Under the pieces are notes generated by a model. That model saw only the letters and a program-made list of their open reading frames with translations, was not told the DNA's origin and did no database searches. DNA of 64,000 nt, taken from positions 3,072,001 through 3,136,000 of the forward strand of contig OY760175.1 of assembly GCA_963663165.1 (NCBI GenBank), in the 5' to 3' direction. The translations under genes and the position numbers were made by a program. Of this stretch, positions 20,268 through 30,756 are shown in pieces. How positions within the stretch are numbered: the first letter of the stretch is position 1; each line of letters opens with the position of its first letter. This stretch comes from an uncultured Desulfospira sp. (lineage in GTDB: Bacteria > Desulfobacterota > Desulfobacteria > Desulfobacterales > Desulfobacteraceae).

Positions 20268-22502
20268 TTAGAACTCAACTTTGTACTGAAGGGAAACCCC
20301 GATACCGGGTTCTTTGAGAACCATGCCCCGGGATGTGGCCAGAAAATTATGATAATCCTCGTCAAACAGGTTGGTGACTTCAGCGGTCAGTTCCTGATCC
20401 AGGCCAAAGGCCTTGAACCGGTAACCCACACTGACATCAAGGGTCTGCCAGCTGTCGGACTCCTCTGTCCCCTGGGGGACCCGGTCCTGGGCATCGGCCC
20501 ATTCATGGGTAATTTGTGCCCGCCAGCCGTTGTTGCCGGAATGGGGTTTGGCCTGATCCCATCCCAGGGTCACCCGGGTATTTAAGGGCGCAATCGTGGC
20601 CAGGGCCTCGCCGGTGGTTTTGTTTTCTCCCCGGGTCCATGCCAGGGACGCGCACATATACCATTGCGGGGCAAACCGCCACTCTCCGGACAGTTCCAGG
20701 CCGTAAATCTTTGCTTTTTCCACATTGACCATTTCATAACGGTCACTGCTGACCTGGGCCTGGGTGATCATGTCATCAATATCATTCCAAAACGCGGCAC
20801 CGGAAACCCGGACCACAGGATTGACATAGTGCAGGCCGGCTTCAAAAAACCTGGACTGTTCGGGGTCCAGATCCGGGTTGCCGTACAAGGCCCCACCGCT
20901 GCTCAGGCTGACATACTTGAACAGGTCCATGAGATCCGGCGGCCGGTAGGAGACCGCTGCAATGCCCGTGGCAGACCAGTTGGGGGCTATCTCCCAGGTC
21001 AGGCCGATCTGGGCCTGCCAGGAGGTATCCGTAGCGGTTTCTGCTTCCCTGACCCGGATCATACTCATGGCAGACGATGGCGGCGATATCCAGTTGTACA
21101 GATCATCGCTTTTAACCCGGGTAGTGTCCAGGCGGCCACCCATATTTAAATTCAGGGTATCGCTGATATCCCAGTTGTCTTCGGCAAAAATACCGGCCAC
21201 GGTCTGGGAAACATTGCCCACACTGGAATCAACACCCACAAGGCCGTTTCTAAAGTACTTGGTCCGCTCGGTATTATCAATGGTCCACTCCCAGACCTCT
21301 AAGCCCACCACCGGCGTGTGGGCACCCAGGGTCAAATGATTGGTCCAGTTAAGCCCCAATGTGGTATGGTCTGCGCCAGGTTCGTTGGCTGTAAGCGCCA
21401 TGGTCGCCGGAAAATTGTCGATTCTGACGTTCCGGTCCACTTCCTGGAAAAAAAGCCGCATGCTGGACTTGTCCAGTACCCCGGACTCAGGCGACAGGGT
21501 ATGGGTGACGGTCCCCATAACCCTTTTAGTCGACGGATAAGTAACATCCGTTGCCGTGGGAAGCGTGGCGTCGCCCGTTCCCGGAATTCCGATATTTTTT
21601 CCTTCCGTGACCTGGATGTTGGCCTGGGTCTCGTTTTGTTTATTCCATAAATACCCGCTGCCGAACCGGCCGTATACATCCCTGAACTGGCTGTTATGAA
21701 TATCGGTCCGGTCAGCACTTTGGGTATCATTATAATCCCTGTATCCGGCGGATCCCAGGAACCAGGCATTGGGCCCCTGGTGAATGATCCGGCCAAAAGC
21801 GCTGTACCCTTCCGGGTTGGACAAGGTGCGTACCCATATTGTCTCCCTGGTCTCCGGGATCTTCCTATACCCCCCCTTTCGGGTAATCACGTTGACCACC
21901 CCACCCATTGCACCCCATCCGTAAAGGGCTGAAATCGGTCCCTTCAGAACCTCTATCCGCTCAATGTCCTGAGGATTGACCAGCCCGAACCGGGCATTGA
22001 TGTCCGTGGCCGTATTTACCCGGCATCCGTCAATTAAAAATAAAACACTGTTCCGGTCCAGTCCCCTGATGTTGATCTCCGATCCCCATGGAGAGTCCAT
22101 GGTTTTCTCCACTCCGGGAATCTGCCGGGTGATATCGGTCAGGCTGATGGGCGGATGCCGGTCAATGTCTTCAGCCGTTATCATGCCAATGCCCCCGGGG
22201 GTTTGGGAAATCGTTCTTGGCATGCCCCTGGCCGTGACTACCACAGGGTCAAGATCGGTGACCGCTGCCATGGGCTGTGATTCGCCGGCCGGCACTGTGG
22301 TATCTTTCTGCTGCGCTTCATCAAGATCAGATCCGGCCGCAGACGGGGCCACAGAAACACCTTTTTCTAAAGCAGCCGGATCGGTTATGCCCCCTGCCAG
22401 GGCATGGTTCCAAAACAGGAGGTTAAAAAGGATCATACCGTTCAAAATCCAAAGCGGGATAAATAAATAATGCGTTAGGCTAGAACAGATGGCAGGGGGC
22501 AT
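20268..22502 (-). CDS. TonB-dependent outer-membrane receptor
   Basis: TonB box DPVVVTA, plug INIRGL...IERIEVLKGPISALYG, GNPDLDPE, terminal Phe. ATG 22502 follows AAGGA (ORF track begins at 22538). Confidence 0.93.
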   Translation of the reverse strand: MPPAICSSLTHYLFIPLWILNGMILFNLLFWNHALAGGITDPAALEKGVSVAPSAAGSDLDEAQQKDTTVPAGESQPMAAVTDLDPVVVTARGMPRTISQTPGGIGMITAEDIDRHPPISLTDITRQIPGVEKTMDSPWGSEINIRGLDRNSVLFLIDGCRVNTATDINARFGLVNPQDIERIEVLKGPISALYGWGAMGGVVNVITRKGGYRKIPETRETIWVRTLSNPEGYSAFGRIIHQGPNAWFLGSAGYRDYNDTQSADRTDIHNSQFRDVYGRFGSGYLWNKQNETQANIQVTEGKNIGIPGTGDATLPTATDVTYPSTKRVMGTVTHTLSPESGVLDKSSMRLFFQEVDRNVRIDNFPATMALTANEPGADHTTLGLNWTNHLTLGAHTPVVGLEVWEWTIDNTERTKYFRNGLVGVDSSVGNVSQTVAGIFAEDNWDISDTLNLNMGGRLDTTRVKSDDLYNWISPPSSAMSMIRVREAETATDTSWQAQIGLTWEIAPNWSATGIAAVSYRPPDLMDLFKYVSLSSGGALYGNPDLDPEQSRFFEAGLHYVNPVVRVSGAAFWNDIDDMITQAQVSSDRYEMVNVEKAKIYGLELSGEWRFAPQWYMCASLAWTRGENKTTGEALATIAPLNTRVTLGWDQAKPHSGNNGWRAQITHEWADAQDRVPQGTEESDSWQTLDVSVGYRFKAFGLDQELTAEVTNLFDEDYHNFLATSRGMVLKEPGIGVSLQYKVEF

Positions 22503-22579
22503 AACGACGGTTCCTTTTGAGCTGAAATATCCGGACAAATGCCCATGCAGCCGGAACCCCCCGGCGGCATGGGCGATCC

Positions 22580-22921
22580 CTACAGGTTCAGTTGAAACCC
22601 CTTATCTTTTAAAGCGGCCACCTGGGTGCTCCGGTCTATGTAATGGGTATGCAGCAGATGATGGGACATGTGGCCGCAGGGACCGTCATGCAAAAAACCG
22701 TCTTTGGCGCCATACAATTTTAGCACCATGGGATTGTCCTGGGATTTACGGATCTTATAAATTTTTGCATCGGCATTATAAACCGATTTTTGCCGGGCAC
22801 CGACAAAGTCATTTTCAGCGGCGCCGGCCAGACGGATGACCGGGGCGCCTAAAGCCGCATATCCGGCGGTAACACCGGCGGCCATGAGAAATCCTCTTCT
22901 GGAAATGGACACTTTTTTCAT
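22580..22921 (-). CDS. hydB: Periplasmic [FeFe]-hydrogenase small subunit with Tat signal
   Basis: SRRGFL twin-arginine motif, [16 protein letters not shown]. Confidence 0.93.
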   Translation of the reverse strand: MKKVSISRRGFLMAAGVTAGYAALGAPVIRLAGAAENDFVGARQKSVYNADAKIYKIRKSQDNPMVLKLYGAKDGFLHDGPCGHMSHHLLHTHYIDRSTQVAALKDKGFQLNL

Positions 22922-24198
22922 ATCAACCCTCCTTTTGAAGCCACGCGGTCTTTCGTAACGTTCATCTCACGGTTCATGGCCATCCTGACCTTGCGGGAAA
23001 GACTGGCCGAACGGACATCCGGATCAAGGGGCTGGCCCCCGCCGTTGACGCACCCGCCCGGGCAGCTCATGATTTCAATAAAATGATAGTCCGCCTTTTT
23101 GGCCCGGACCTCTTCACAGAGTTTGGCGGCATTGGAAAGGCCGCTGGCAACCGCCACCTTGACTTTTCCAAATCCCGGCACATCAATTTCTTTGGTATTA
23201 ATACCCTGGCGGGTCCGCACCGGGGTGATATCCGGATCTTGAAGGGTTTTGCCGGACAGTTTTTCATAGGCCAGTCTTAACGCCGCTTCCATGACACCGC
23301 CGCTGTTGCCGAAAATGGTGGCCGCCCCGGTGGACTGCCCTAAAACCGGGTCCGGGTCACGGTCCGGCAGCGAGGCAAAATCAACCCCTGAGCGTTTGAT
23401 CATATAGGCCAGCTCCCGGGTGGTGATGGTAGCGTCAATGTCCCTGAACCCTGAATCGGCCAGTTCCGGACGAAGCCCTTCATATTTTTTGGCAATACAG
23501 GGCATGATGGATACGGTGTAAATTTTTTCCGCCTTTTTATGGGTCTCATGGGCGCCATAGGTTTTGGCCAAGGGGCCAAGCATACCGATGGGGGATTTAC
23601 AGGTGGACACATGGGGCAGCAGGTCCGGATAAAAGGACTCCACAAATTTCACCCAGCCGGGACAGCAGGAGGTAAACTGGGGAAGGGGTTTGTCCTTTTC
23701 AGGTTTGGAGATCCGCTGGAGCAGCTCTGTCCCCTCTTCCATGATGGTCACGTCAGCGGTGAACTCATTGTCCCAGACATAATCAAACCCAAGGGCCTTG
23801 AGGGCGGAATGCATCTTGCCGCCGGCATAGGTTCCCACCGGCTGCCCAAAACATTCGGCAAGCCCGTAGCGGACAGCCGGGGCCGGCATAGACACGACAA
23901 TGGTGTCCGGGTCTTTGAGCTTGTTAAAAATTTCATTGACATAACTGACCCCTTCGTAAATGGCGCCGGCCGGGCAGTTTACCAGGCACTGTCCGCAGTT
24001 CATGCAGGCAGCCGGGTTGATTACCTGATGAATGCCTTCATCATTAATGGCCTGGATGGCCCCTGTAGCGCAATGTTCTTCGCACTCGGAGCAGGCAATG
24101 CATTTGGTGGCATCCACCTGGACAAAGAAAATCGTGTCCGGATCCGTACCTGCCGGGGGTGCATTGTCGGCGTACATAACATTTTCCATTTCCTGCAT
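22918..24198 (-). CDS. hydA: Periplasmic [FeFe]-hydrogenase large subunit (two [4Fe-4S] clusters plus H-cluster)
   Basis: CxxCxxCxxxC twice; H-cluster motifs [32 protein letters not shown]. Confidence 0.97.
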   Translation of the reverse strand: MQEMENVMYADNAPPAGTDPDTIFFVQVDATKCIACSECEEHCATGAIQAINDEGIHQVINPAACMNCGQCLVNCPAGAIYEGVSYVNEIFNKLKDPDTIVVSMPAPAVRYGLAECFGQPVGTYAGGKMHSALKALGFDYVWDNEFTADVTIMEEGTELLQRISKPEKDKPLPQFTSCCPGWVKFVESFYPDLLPHVSTCKSPIGMLGPLAKTYGAHETHKKAEKIYTVSIMPCIAKKYEGLRPELADSGFRDIDATITTRELAYMIKRSGVDFASLPDRDPDPVLGQSTGAATIFGNSGGVMEAALRLAYEKLSGKTLQDPDITPVRTRQGINTKEIDVPGFGKVKVAVASGLSNAAKLCEEVRAKKADYHFIEIMSCPGGCVNGGGQPLDPDVRSASLSRKVRMAMNREMNVTKDRVASKGGLI

Positions 24199-24227
24199 AG
24201 ACGATTCCTCCTTAATGTTGGAAAGCT

Positions 24228-24278
24228 TTTGGCGGTTAGCTGTTAGCTGTTAGCAATTAGCGGTTAGCGGTTAGCGGT
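24228..24278. repeat. Tandem heptamer repeats TTAGC(TG/GG/AA)
   Basis: ttagctg ttagctg ttagcaa ttagcgg ttagcgg ttagcgg in the hydA 5' leader. Confidence 0.85.
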
Positions 24279-24383
24279 GGCCTTTAAGCTTAGTTTGCGG
24301 CGGTTCCCGGATTCAAGTTCCAAGACCGCCTGATTTGATGCCTTTTAAGGTATGGCCATTGTCAAACATTTATTGGCGGATTA

Positions 24384-25217
24384 TCAGGCCGCCATTTTGG
24401 GGGCCAGCGGACGGAATATCCCTTCCATAACCCCGTGGATCCGTTCGGCTTCATCCTCAGAACCGACAAACCCGGCCCAGCAGTCCCAGGCCTGATTTTC
24501 CTTGCCTAATCCGGCATGCTCAATCCGTGCAAACAGATCGGTCTGCTCGTGTTCAAAAATACAATCAAACATGACCACCAGGCGGACCAGGCGGCTTTCA
24601 TCAAATTTCCCGCCCTGGTCCTGATAGGCTTTAAACAGCGTGTCCCTGACCAGGGGGTAAATATAGATTCTGAAAACCTGGAGGCGTTTGGGCAGCCTGG
24701 CCATGACCCAGTCATGATTAATGGTGGACAGCCGGCTGTACAGCCGGTCTTTTTGCTCTTTGACAGATGCTTTAATCTTGTTTTTCAAATCCTGGGCAAA
24801 AGTACTTCCCTCTTTTGGCAGATAGGCTTCACGCCACTGGGAAAGCTCCTGTTCAAGGGCATCAATAAATGTCTTGTCGGGTATGCGGTCTTTAATTTGG
24901 GGGGTATCAAGCTCAAGACGATCATCTAAATCCAGCACTTTTATCTTGAGGCCGAAATCCCAGATCTGCCCGTTGTCGTCCCGGGTCTGATCCTTCTCAA
25001 GCCAGGCGCATTGAACCTTGGTGTTGCCATGTTCATCAGCCAGCACCCTGAGGCCAAAGGGGGTGCAGACCCCGGGGCGAACTTTAAATAATCCCCTGGG
25101 GTGAAGATCAAAGACACTGGGGACCTGGTATTTGGGTTGATAAATAACGAAAAAACCTTGTGGAATCATCATAACAAAACAAACCTTTCCCTGATGTGTG
25201 CGCAAATGTCCGGCCAA
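24384..25217 (-). CDS. Hypothetical protein; 5' end possibly frameshifted (alternative ATG at 25267)
   Basis: 277-aa ORF with natural composition and no recognised family; TTG start lacks an RBS. Confidence 0.7.
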   Translation of the reverse strand: MAGHLRTHQGKVCFVMMIPQGFFVIYQPKYQVPSVFDLHPRGLFKVRPGVCTPFGLRVLADEHGNTKVQCAWLEKDQTRDDNGQIWDFGLKIKVLDLDDRLELDTPQIKDRIPDKTFIDALEQELSQWREAYLPKEGSTFAQDLKNKIKASVKEQKDRLYSRLSTINHDWVMARLPKRLQVFRIYIYPLVRDTLFKAYQDQGGKFDESRLVRLVVMFDCIFEHEQTDLFARIEHAGLGKENQAWDCWAGFVGSEDEAERIHGVMEGIFRPLAPKMAA

Positions 25218-25587
25218 AGAACGCAGCCTGTCTGCGTTGCTTTAGGTGCCGAATCTGTTGCGACCATGATTTCAGGACCAATTCAGGCTTATGATAAAGA
25301 CGCCTCTGTCATGATTGACACTTTCAAACCATGATGGTAAGGAAGGAAAGCACCTGCACGCCGACAATGGCAATGCAGGCGCCTGCCCAAAAGGGGAGAC
25401 CGTACTGCTTCTTGACCGGATCGCTTTACGGCCTTCCCTTATCTTTTTTATCTCAACCTGTACAATTTTACATAAACGTTCATCCCTGTAACGGCCACAG
25501 GCCGCCCTGGTTAACCAACCAAGAACCGCCCACAACAAATAATGAAAGTCTTTTCAAGATGTTAGTGAGACTTTCATATAAAAAAAT

Positions 25588-25630
25588 AAAAAAAGCCAAG
25601 AATTCCCATAATCATCAGGCCTTCTTGGCT
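25588..25630 (-). terminator. Probable terminator of the TonB-CooC-ABC-methyltransferase operon
   Basis: Minus strand AGCCAAGAA...TTCTTGGCT followed by a T run. Confidence 0.6.
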
Positions 25631-25758
25631 TATCTACAATCAAATTAACTATAGTTTAGTACAGTGCGATTTCGATCACACCCGTTTTGGATAAAAACCA
25701 TACTCCAGGGCGCATTTGCTTGTCAAGGCCAAACTTGGGCCTTCACCGTAAATTTCCA

Positions 25759-26838
25759 TCATTCTTTTCTAGATATAATCAAACGCATAGGATTGAAACA
25801 CCATGGGGACATGTCAATAGTTTTCTGATATACAAATCCGGCCTGCTCCAAAATAAGGGATAAACCGGAATTGGTTCGATGAGACCTTGGGCCGCGCCCT
25901 GCCAGGCTGTTTTTCAAATCCCACAAGGTAAGTTCCAAAGGCCCCTTTTCATCATCATCAAGGGTGAAGGTGAGCCGGATAAACAAGCCGCCCTTTTTCA
26001 TGGCGGCGGCTATTTTCTGAAAAAGTGTCTGGCACCTTTGATCATTGCCCCCAAAAGAACAGGCTTCAAATACCATATCATAATCATTTCCTATATCATC
26101 GGTCATGTAATCGCCACCTAAAGCACAAACACGGCCTTCCATGTTGTATTGCCGGATATACTTCTCAGTGGTCGGCACCACTTCAGGCCTGTCGAAAATA
26201 ACCACTTCAAGATTTGGGTTTTCCTGTGCCAGGGCAATCCCGAACAGACCGTGGCCGCCACCTAGATCCACCAGTTTTTTGGCGTTTTTAAATTCCGGGA
26301 GTGCTGTTATCTGGCCGACAGTGCCTTGCAGCCGGCCCAATAAGCTGTACCTGGCGATCCAGTCCATGGCGTCCTCATTAAACCGGTGTTCATGCTTTTT
26401 TGAATCGTCCCCTTGAGGACCTTCTATAAGGATCTGTTTTAAGCGCAGCAAAGTATCCATGGATTTGTCATCAGGCTTAAGATACCGCCCGAAATAGGGG
26501 GAAGAACGAATCAGGAATGGAGCGGTTTCAGGATTATTGTAATATGTTTCATCCTCTTTTTTCAACAGTTCCATGGCCGAAAGAACATTTAACAGATTCC
26601 GGGTCAGCGCGGCATCTGTCCCTGACTCAGCAGAAAGCTCATCAGCGGTTTGTGGTTTTTCAAGTTGGCTGAAGACATCCAGATCCAATGCCGTCATGAA
26701 CACCTGGCCGATTTCAAATCCACTGACCAGAGATCTTAAATATTCAAGTTTATTTACTACAGGGGGTTTGGTTGTTGACAATCTGTCCTGTTCTGTTTCT
26801 TCATATATTGTCTGTGTATTTTCTGGGTTGCTTGTCAT
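25759..26838 (-). CDS. SAM-dependent methyltransferase (O-methyltransferase family 2, with dimerisation domain)
   Basis: TALDLDVFSQL N-domain, LVDLGGGHG, IFDRP, GGDY. ATG 26838 follows AAGGA. Confidence 0.9.
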   Translation of the reverse strand: MTSNPENTQTIYEETEQDRLSTTKPPVVNKLEYLRSLVSGFEIGQVFMTALDLDVFSQLEKPQTADELSAESGTDAALTRNLLNVLSAMELLKKEDETYYNNPETAPFLIRSSPYFGRYLKPDDKSMDTLLRLKQILIEGPQGDDSKKHEHRFNEDAMDWIARYSLLGRLQGTVGQITALPEFKNAKKLVDLGGGHGLFGIALAQENPNLEVVIFDRPEVVPTTEKYIRQYNMEGRVCALGGDYMTDDIGNDYDMVFEACSFGGNDQRCQTLFQKIAAAMKKGGLFIRLTFTLDDDEKGPLELTLWDLKNSLAGRGPRSHRTNSGLSLILEQAGFVYQKTIDMSPWCFNPMRLIISRKE

Positions 26839-26938
26839 TTTCTTTCCTTTATTGGTGGACTGGTTATCGGGGTTAACCGCCAATTTTGCAACTTCACCTT
26901 TGAATTTAAAATCAAACCGGAAACACCCCTGATGGCCT

Positions 26939-27718
26939 TTATTGTTTCCACTGAAAATCGGTCGCAACAGGCGCGACTAATGCCCGTCCCCGATACGGAA
27001 CACATTCAAGCGGCATATCATAGACCTGTCGCAACACCTGCTCGTCCCAGGGGTTTTGACCACCATCTATCTCATAGGCATGGCCTTGCCTTAAAAACAC
27101 AAAAGTATCCCCAAAAACAAAGGCCGCATTGGGATCATGCAAAACAGCCACAACACCGATTCCGGATTCAGCCAATTCCTTTAACAGGTTCATGACCTTG
27201 GCCTGATTGCATAAATCCAGATGCGTTGTCGGCTCATCCAGCAGAATCCTTTTGGGCTCCTGGGATAAAATTCTCGCAATCCTTACCAGTTGCTGTTCCC
27301 CTCCGGACAGCTCAGTAAACGGGCGTTTTCTCATATTAAGCGTTCCGGTTCTTTCCATTGCCTGCAAAACCGCATGGCGATCCCGTTTACCCGGCCAGAA
27401 GGCAACCCGGGAAGCCCTGCCAGTCATGATAAAATCCTCTACTGAAAACGAAAACACCATCCTGAAATGCTGGGGAAGGAAACCGATCATCCTTGCACGC
27501 TCCGCAAGGGGAAGCCGTTTAAGCTCATGCCCGTCGATGCTGACTTTTCCTTCTTTATACGGCAGGATACCGGTGAGAATCTTCAGCAGGGTTGATTTGC
27601 CGCTTCCATTTTTCCCCAACAGGACAACAAACCGGCCATCGGGAATGGCAAGGGAAACGTGCTGCAATACGTTGGTTTGCCCGTAACCAAAGGAGATATT
27701 TTCCAAATGGATGCTCAT
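26939..27718 (-). CDS. Metal-chelate ABC transporter ATPase (FepC/BtuD-like)
   Basis: GKNGSGKST, LSGGEQQ, LLDEPTTHLD, VLHD. Confidence 0.94.
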   Translation of the reverse strand: MSIHLENISFGYGQTNVLQHVSLAIPDGRFVVLLGKNGSGKSTLLKILTGILPYKEGKVSIDGHELKRLPLAERARMIGFLPQHFRMVFSFSVEDFIMTGRASRVAFWPGKRDRHAVLQAMERTGTLNMRKRPFTELSGGEQQLVRIARILSQEPKRILLDEPTTHLDLCNQAKVMNLLKELAESGIGVVAVLHDPNAAFVFGDTFVFLRQGHAYEIDGGQNPWDEQVLRQVYDMPLECVPYRGRALVAPVATDFQWKQ

Positions 27719-27721
27719 TTT

Positions 27722-28732
27722 TTAAATATCCCAGCCGCTTCCGGCTTTACGCAGCAAATAAACAAACAAAGGCGCGCCCAGAAAAGTGGTTAAAATACCC
27801 ACCGGTATTTCAACCGGTGCTGCCGTGCGGCAGATATTGTCCACGATCACCAGGAAAACCCCGCCAAACGCAAAGCACGCAGGCACGGCCATCCGATTAT
27901 CCGGCCCCAGCACCATGCGGACAAGATGGGGAACCACGAGTCCCATAAACCCAATGACGCCGGCTACGGCTACGGACGCGGAAGTCGCCAGAACCGCGGG
28001 AATTAAAATAAGCATCTTTTCCCGTTCCGGATCTACCCCCGTTGCCCTGGCCTCCTCATCTCCCATGGCCAGAATGTTCATCCGCCAGGCAAATATCAGC
28101 AGAAATCCCCCCGCAACACAGATCAAAGGGCCGGCAGAAATTATTTTTGACCAGCTAGCCGTATGCAGGTTTCCCATTGTCCAATGAACAATGGCCTGCA
28201 AATGGTTGGCATCCACCAGAAACTGGATAAGTGCCAGAAGAGACGAAAACACGCTGGAAATAATCACGCCGGAAAGCACAAGTGAAGTAGTTGATATGGA
28301 CCGTCCGGTTCGGGCAAACAGATAACTTAATCCCGCTGCCAGAATTCCAAAGGAAAAGGCCGCAAGCTGAATGGGCATCCAGGGCACAATAATGGCCAAA
28401 GCGGCACCAAAAGCCGCGCCTGAGCTAACCCCTAGGACAAAAGGGGACACCAGCGGATTGCGGAACAACGCCTGCATGGCATTACCGGAAATGGACAGGG
28501 CCGACCCCACCAGAAAAGTTAACAGAATTCTGGGCATCCGGACATCCCCCACGATCGCCTGGACAAGGCCTGCCATATCATCGCTGGTGCCGGCATCCTC
28601 CATAAAACCGCCCATAAGAAAGGCCAGCACCTGTCTGCTGGTAATCACATCGGATGGCCCAATACAGAGCGACACCAGAAGGACCGGCAACGGAAGCCCG
28701 AAAATAATCCAGTAGTAATATCTCCGGCTCAT
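27722..28732 (-). CDS. FecCD/BtuC family ABC permease
   Basis: RMPRI, QALFRNPLVSPFVLGVSSGA, GDEEARATG, IGFMGLVVPH. Confidence 0.95.
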   Translation of the reverse strand: MSRRYYYWIIFGLPLPVLLVSLCIGPSDVITSRQVLAFLMGGFMEDAGTSDDMAGLVQAIVGDVRMPRILLTFLVGSALSISGNAMQALFRNPLVSPFVLGVSSGAAFGAALAIIVPWMPIQLAAFSFGILAAGLSYLFARTGRSISTTSLVLSGVIISSVFSSLLALIQFLVDANHLQAIVHWTMGNLHTASWSKIISAGPLICVAGGFLLIFAWRMNILAMGDEEARATGVDPEREKMLILIPAVLATSASVAVAGVIGFMGLVVPHLVRMVLGPDNRMAVPACFAFGGVFLVIVDNICRTAAPVEIPVGILTTFLGAPLFVYLLRKAGSGWDI

Positions 28733-29796
28733 TTGTGAGATCCTGCCGAAGACAGTCTTTCGGTAATCAAATGATTGGGAATTTTGCCGCAGTATAACGT
28801 ATCAAAAAGGTCCCGGGCCTCTTTTGCGGCACTCATTTTACCGAAGACTTCAGGGTGGCACCATCCGGCAATAAGCCTGAGGGCCAGCTGAAAGTTCAGG
28901 GTACAAAGATCAAAGGGGAAAAGATCCGGAATTTCGTATATATTCTGGTTGGCAACGGCAGAAAGCCTTTTCCAGGCACGTTTTTGACTGATATCTGAAG
29001 GGTCCAGGATGGTGTTGTACCACATAACAATAACATCCGGGTTGGTTTCAAGAAGGTACTCCATGCTGATGACGGCATGTTCCTGGGCAATATGGCCGCA
29101 GATGTTGCGGGCACCGGACATATCAAGCAATTCCTGTACAATACTTGGGTTGCCGCCGGAATCCAGCTCCCCCTTGGCCCACATAAAGTAGGCGTCAGGC
29201 GTTTGGACCTTTGAACTGGCGGCAATCTTTTGCCCGATATCCTGAATCCTTGCTTTGGTGTAATTCACGAGCTCGAGAGCCCGTTGGCTTTTACCAGTCA
29301 TGACCCCCAGGGCCATAACCTCTTTATAAATATCTTCCACACTATCAATAAAAACACCAAATACCGGAATATCTTGTTCCTCAAGGGCTGAAATGGTGTC
29401 TTTACCAAGAGACCAGACAATGACCACTTCAGGTTTTAGCACAAGGATTCGTTCAAGGCTGCCCGCCATTGAACTGCTCACGGCCGGCAGGGTCCGCTCC
29501 CTTATCCTTTTGTCCATGGCCGCATAATATGAGACAGAGCTTCCGGTATATGCGCCGGATGAGACACCCACCACTTTTTCCTGGGCACCCAGCATGTACA
29601 GGCCGGTGAGCGCACTGTTCAGAATACAAACAATACGGCTTACCGGCTTTTTAAAGACAAGCTGTTTTCCCCTGAAATCTTCTACTACCACGGTTTGACT
29701 GTTTTGTTTGCCATCTGTGGCAAAGGCAATGCAAGGGCCAATGCCGTACGCTGCAAAAAAAACCGTCAGTATCCACCACTTCAGGAGAATCTTCAT
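28729..29796 (-). CDS. Metal-chelate ABC substrate-binding protein (BtuF-like)
   Basis: Signal peptide, VEDFRGK...PVSRIV, ERILVLKPEVV, NPDVIV, LSAVAN. Confidence 0.9.
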   Translation of the reverse strand: MKILLKWWILTVFFAAYGIGPCIAFATDGKQNSQTVVVEDFRGKQLVFKKPVSRIVCILNSALTGLYMLGAQEKVVGVSSGAYTGSSVSYYAAMDKRIRERTLPAVSSSMAGSLERILVLKPEVVIVWSLGKDTISALEEQDIPVFGVFIDSVEDIYKEVMALGVMTGKSQRALELVNYTKARIQDIGQKIAASSKVQTPDAYFMWAKGELDSGGNPSIVQELLDMSGARNICGHIAQEHAVISMEYLLETNPDVIVMWYNTILDPSDISQKRAWKRLSAVANQNIYEIPDLFPFDLCTLNFQLALRLIAGWCHPEVFGKMSAAKEARDLFDTLYCGKIPNHLITERLSSAGSHK

Positions 29797-29844
29797 TGTT
29801 TTTTCTCTTTTCTTTTTGCCGTAACCCTTTTTTGCTCTGGCATA

Positions 29845-30609
29845 TTAGACATGATCCACAAGGAACCGGCAGATTTTGTCCATCTCCGGAGGCTGAAAAT
29901 TCAGGGGCCGTCCTTCAAGGGAAGCGGTAAAAATGGATTTATGCTCGGGTATTTTGCCGATCACATATTTGGAATCAACACATTTCGACATAGCGGCTTC
30001 AGCTTCCTTAGTTGCCTTATTAAGAACAAACCATACCGGTTTATTCGCCTCCCTGCCCATATCCACCATCGTTGCCGCCATTTTAAACGATTCAAAAGTA
30101 GGATCAACCACGGCAAGAATCACATCGCATTCACCTTCAAGCCCTCTTCCAAAATGTTCGATCCCGGCTTCAGTATCCACAACCACCACCTCTTTGTCTT
30201 TTGTGACAAGGTTGCCAAGAAGCATTTTTGAAAGCGCGCCTATGGGGCATGCGCACCCTTCGGCAAAGGAGTGAATTTTTCCGACCAGCATGAGTTGGAC
30301 CCCATCCACTTGTGCCGTAAACCCTTCAGGAATATTGTCAAAATCCCATTTGCCGCCAAAAGGACTGTTTTCCTTTCCTTCCGGCTGTTCCCTGAAAGCC
30401 TTCATCTTTTGCTGAAATCCTTTTTTCCCGCCCAGTTGAGTCATTATATTTTCCGGCATGGGAAGGCCCACAAGCCGATGCAGCCCAAAGTTGGACTCAT
30501 CAGCATCTACCAGCAGTATCCTGTATCCCATATTTTTCAGGCCTGCAGCGAGCATTGCCGTCATACTGCTCTTGCCGCAGCCCCCTTTACCGCAAATCGA
30601 TATTTTCAT
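29845..30609 (-). CDS. cooC: CooC-like nickel-insertion ATPase
   Basis: MKISICGKGGCGKS, LVDADESN, GCACP metal motif, VDTEAGIEHFGRG. ATG 30609 follows GGAGG. Confidence 0.88.
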   Translation of the reverse strand: MKISICGKGGCGKSSMTAMLAAGLKNMGYRILLVDADESNFGLHRLVGLPMPENIMTQLGGKKGFQQKMKAFREQPEGKENSPFGGKWDFDNIPEGFTAQVDGVQLMLVGKIHSFAEGCACPIGALSKMLLGNLVTKDKEVVVVDTEAGIEHFGRGLEGECDVILAVVDPTFESFKMAATMVDMGREANKPVWFVLNKATKEAEAAMSKCVDSKYVIGKIPEHKSIFTASLEGRPLNFQPPEMDKICRFLVDHV

Positions 30610-30756
30610 CATCATCCTCCCGGCCCTGTAAGAAGCCGAACTCGTTTGGCCAATATTTGAGCGGCTCAATTAGATCCGCTCAAACATGGGTTTTTGATCA
30701 GACAAGCCATGCTTAAATTTTACCAAAGCAAAGCGTGAATAGTTTAAATGGAAGGG

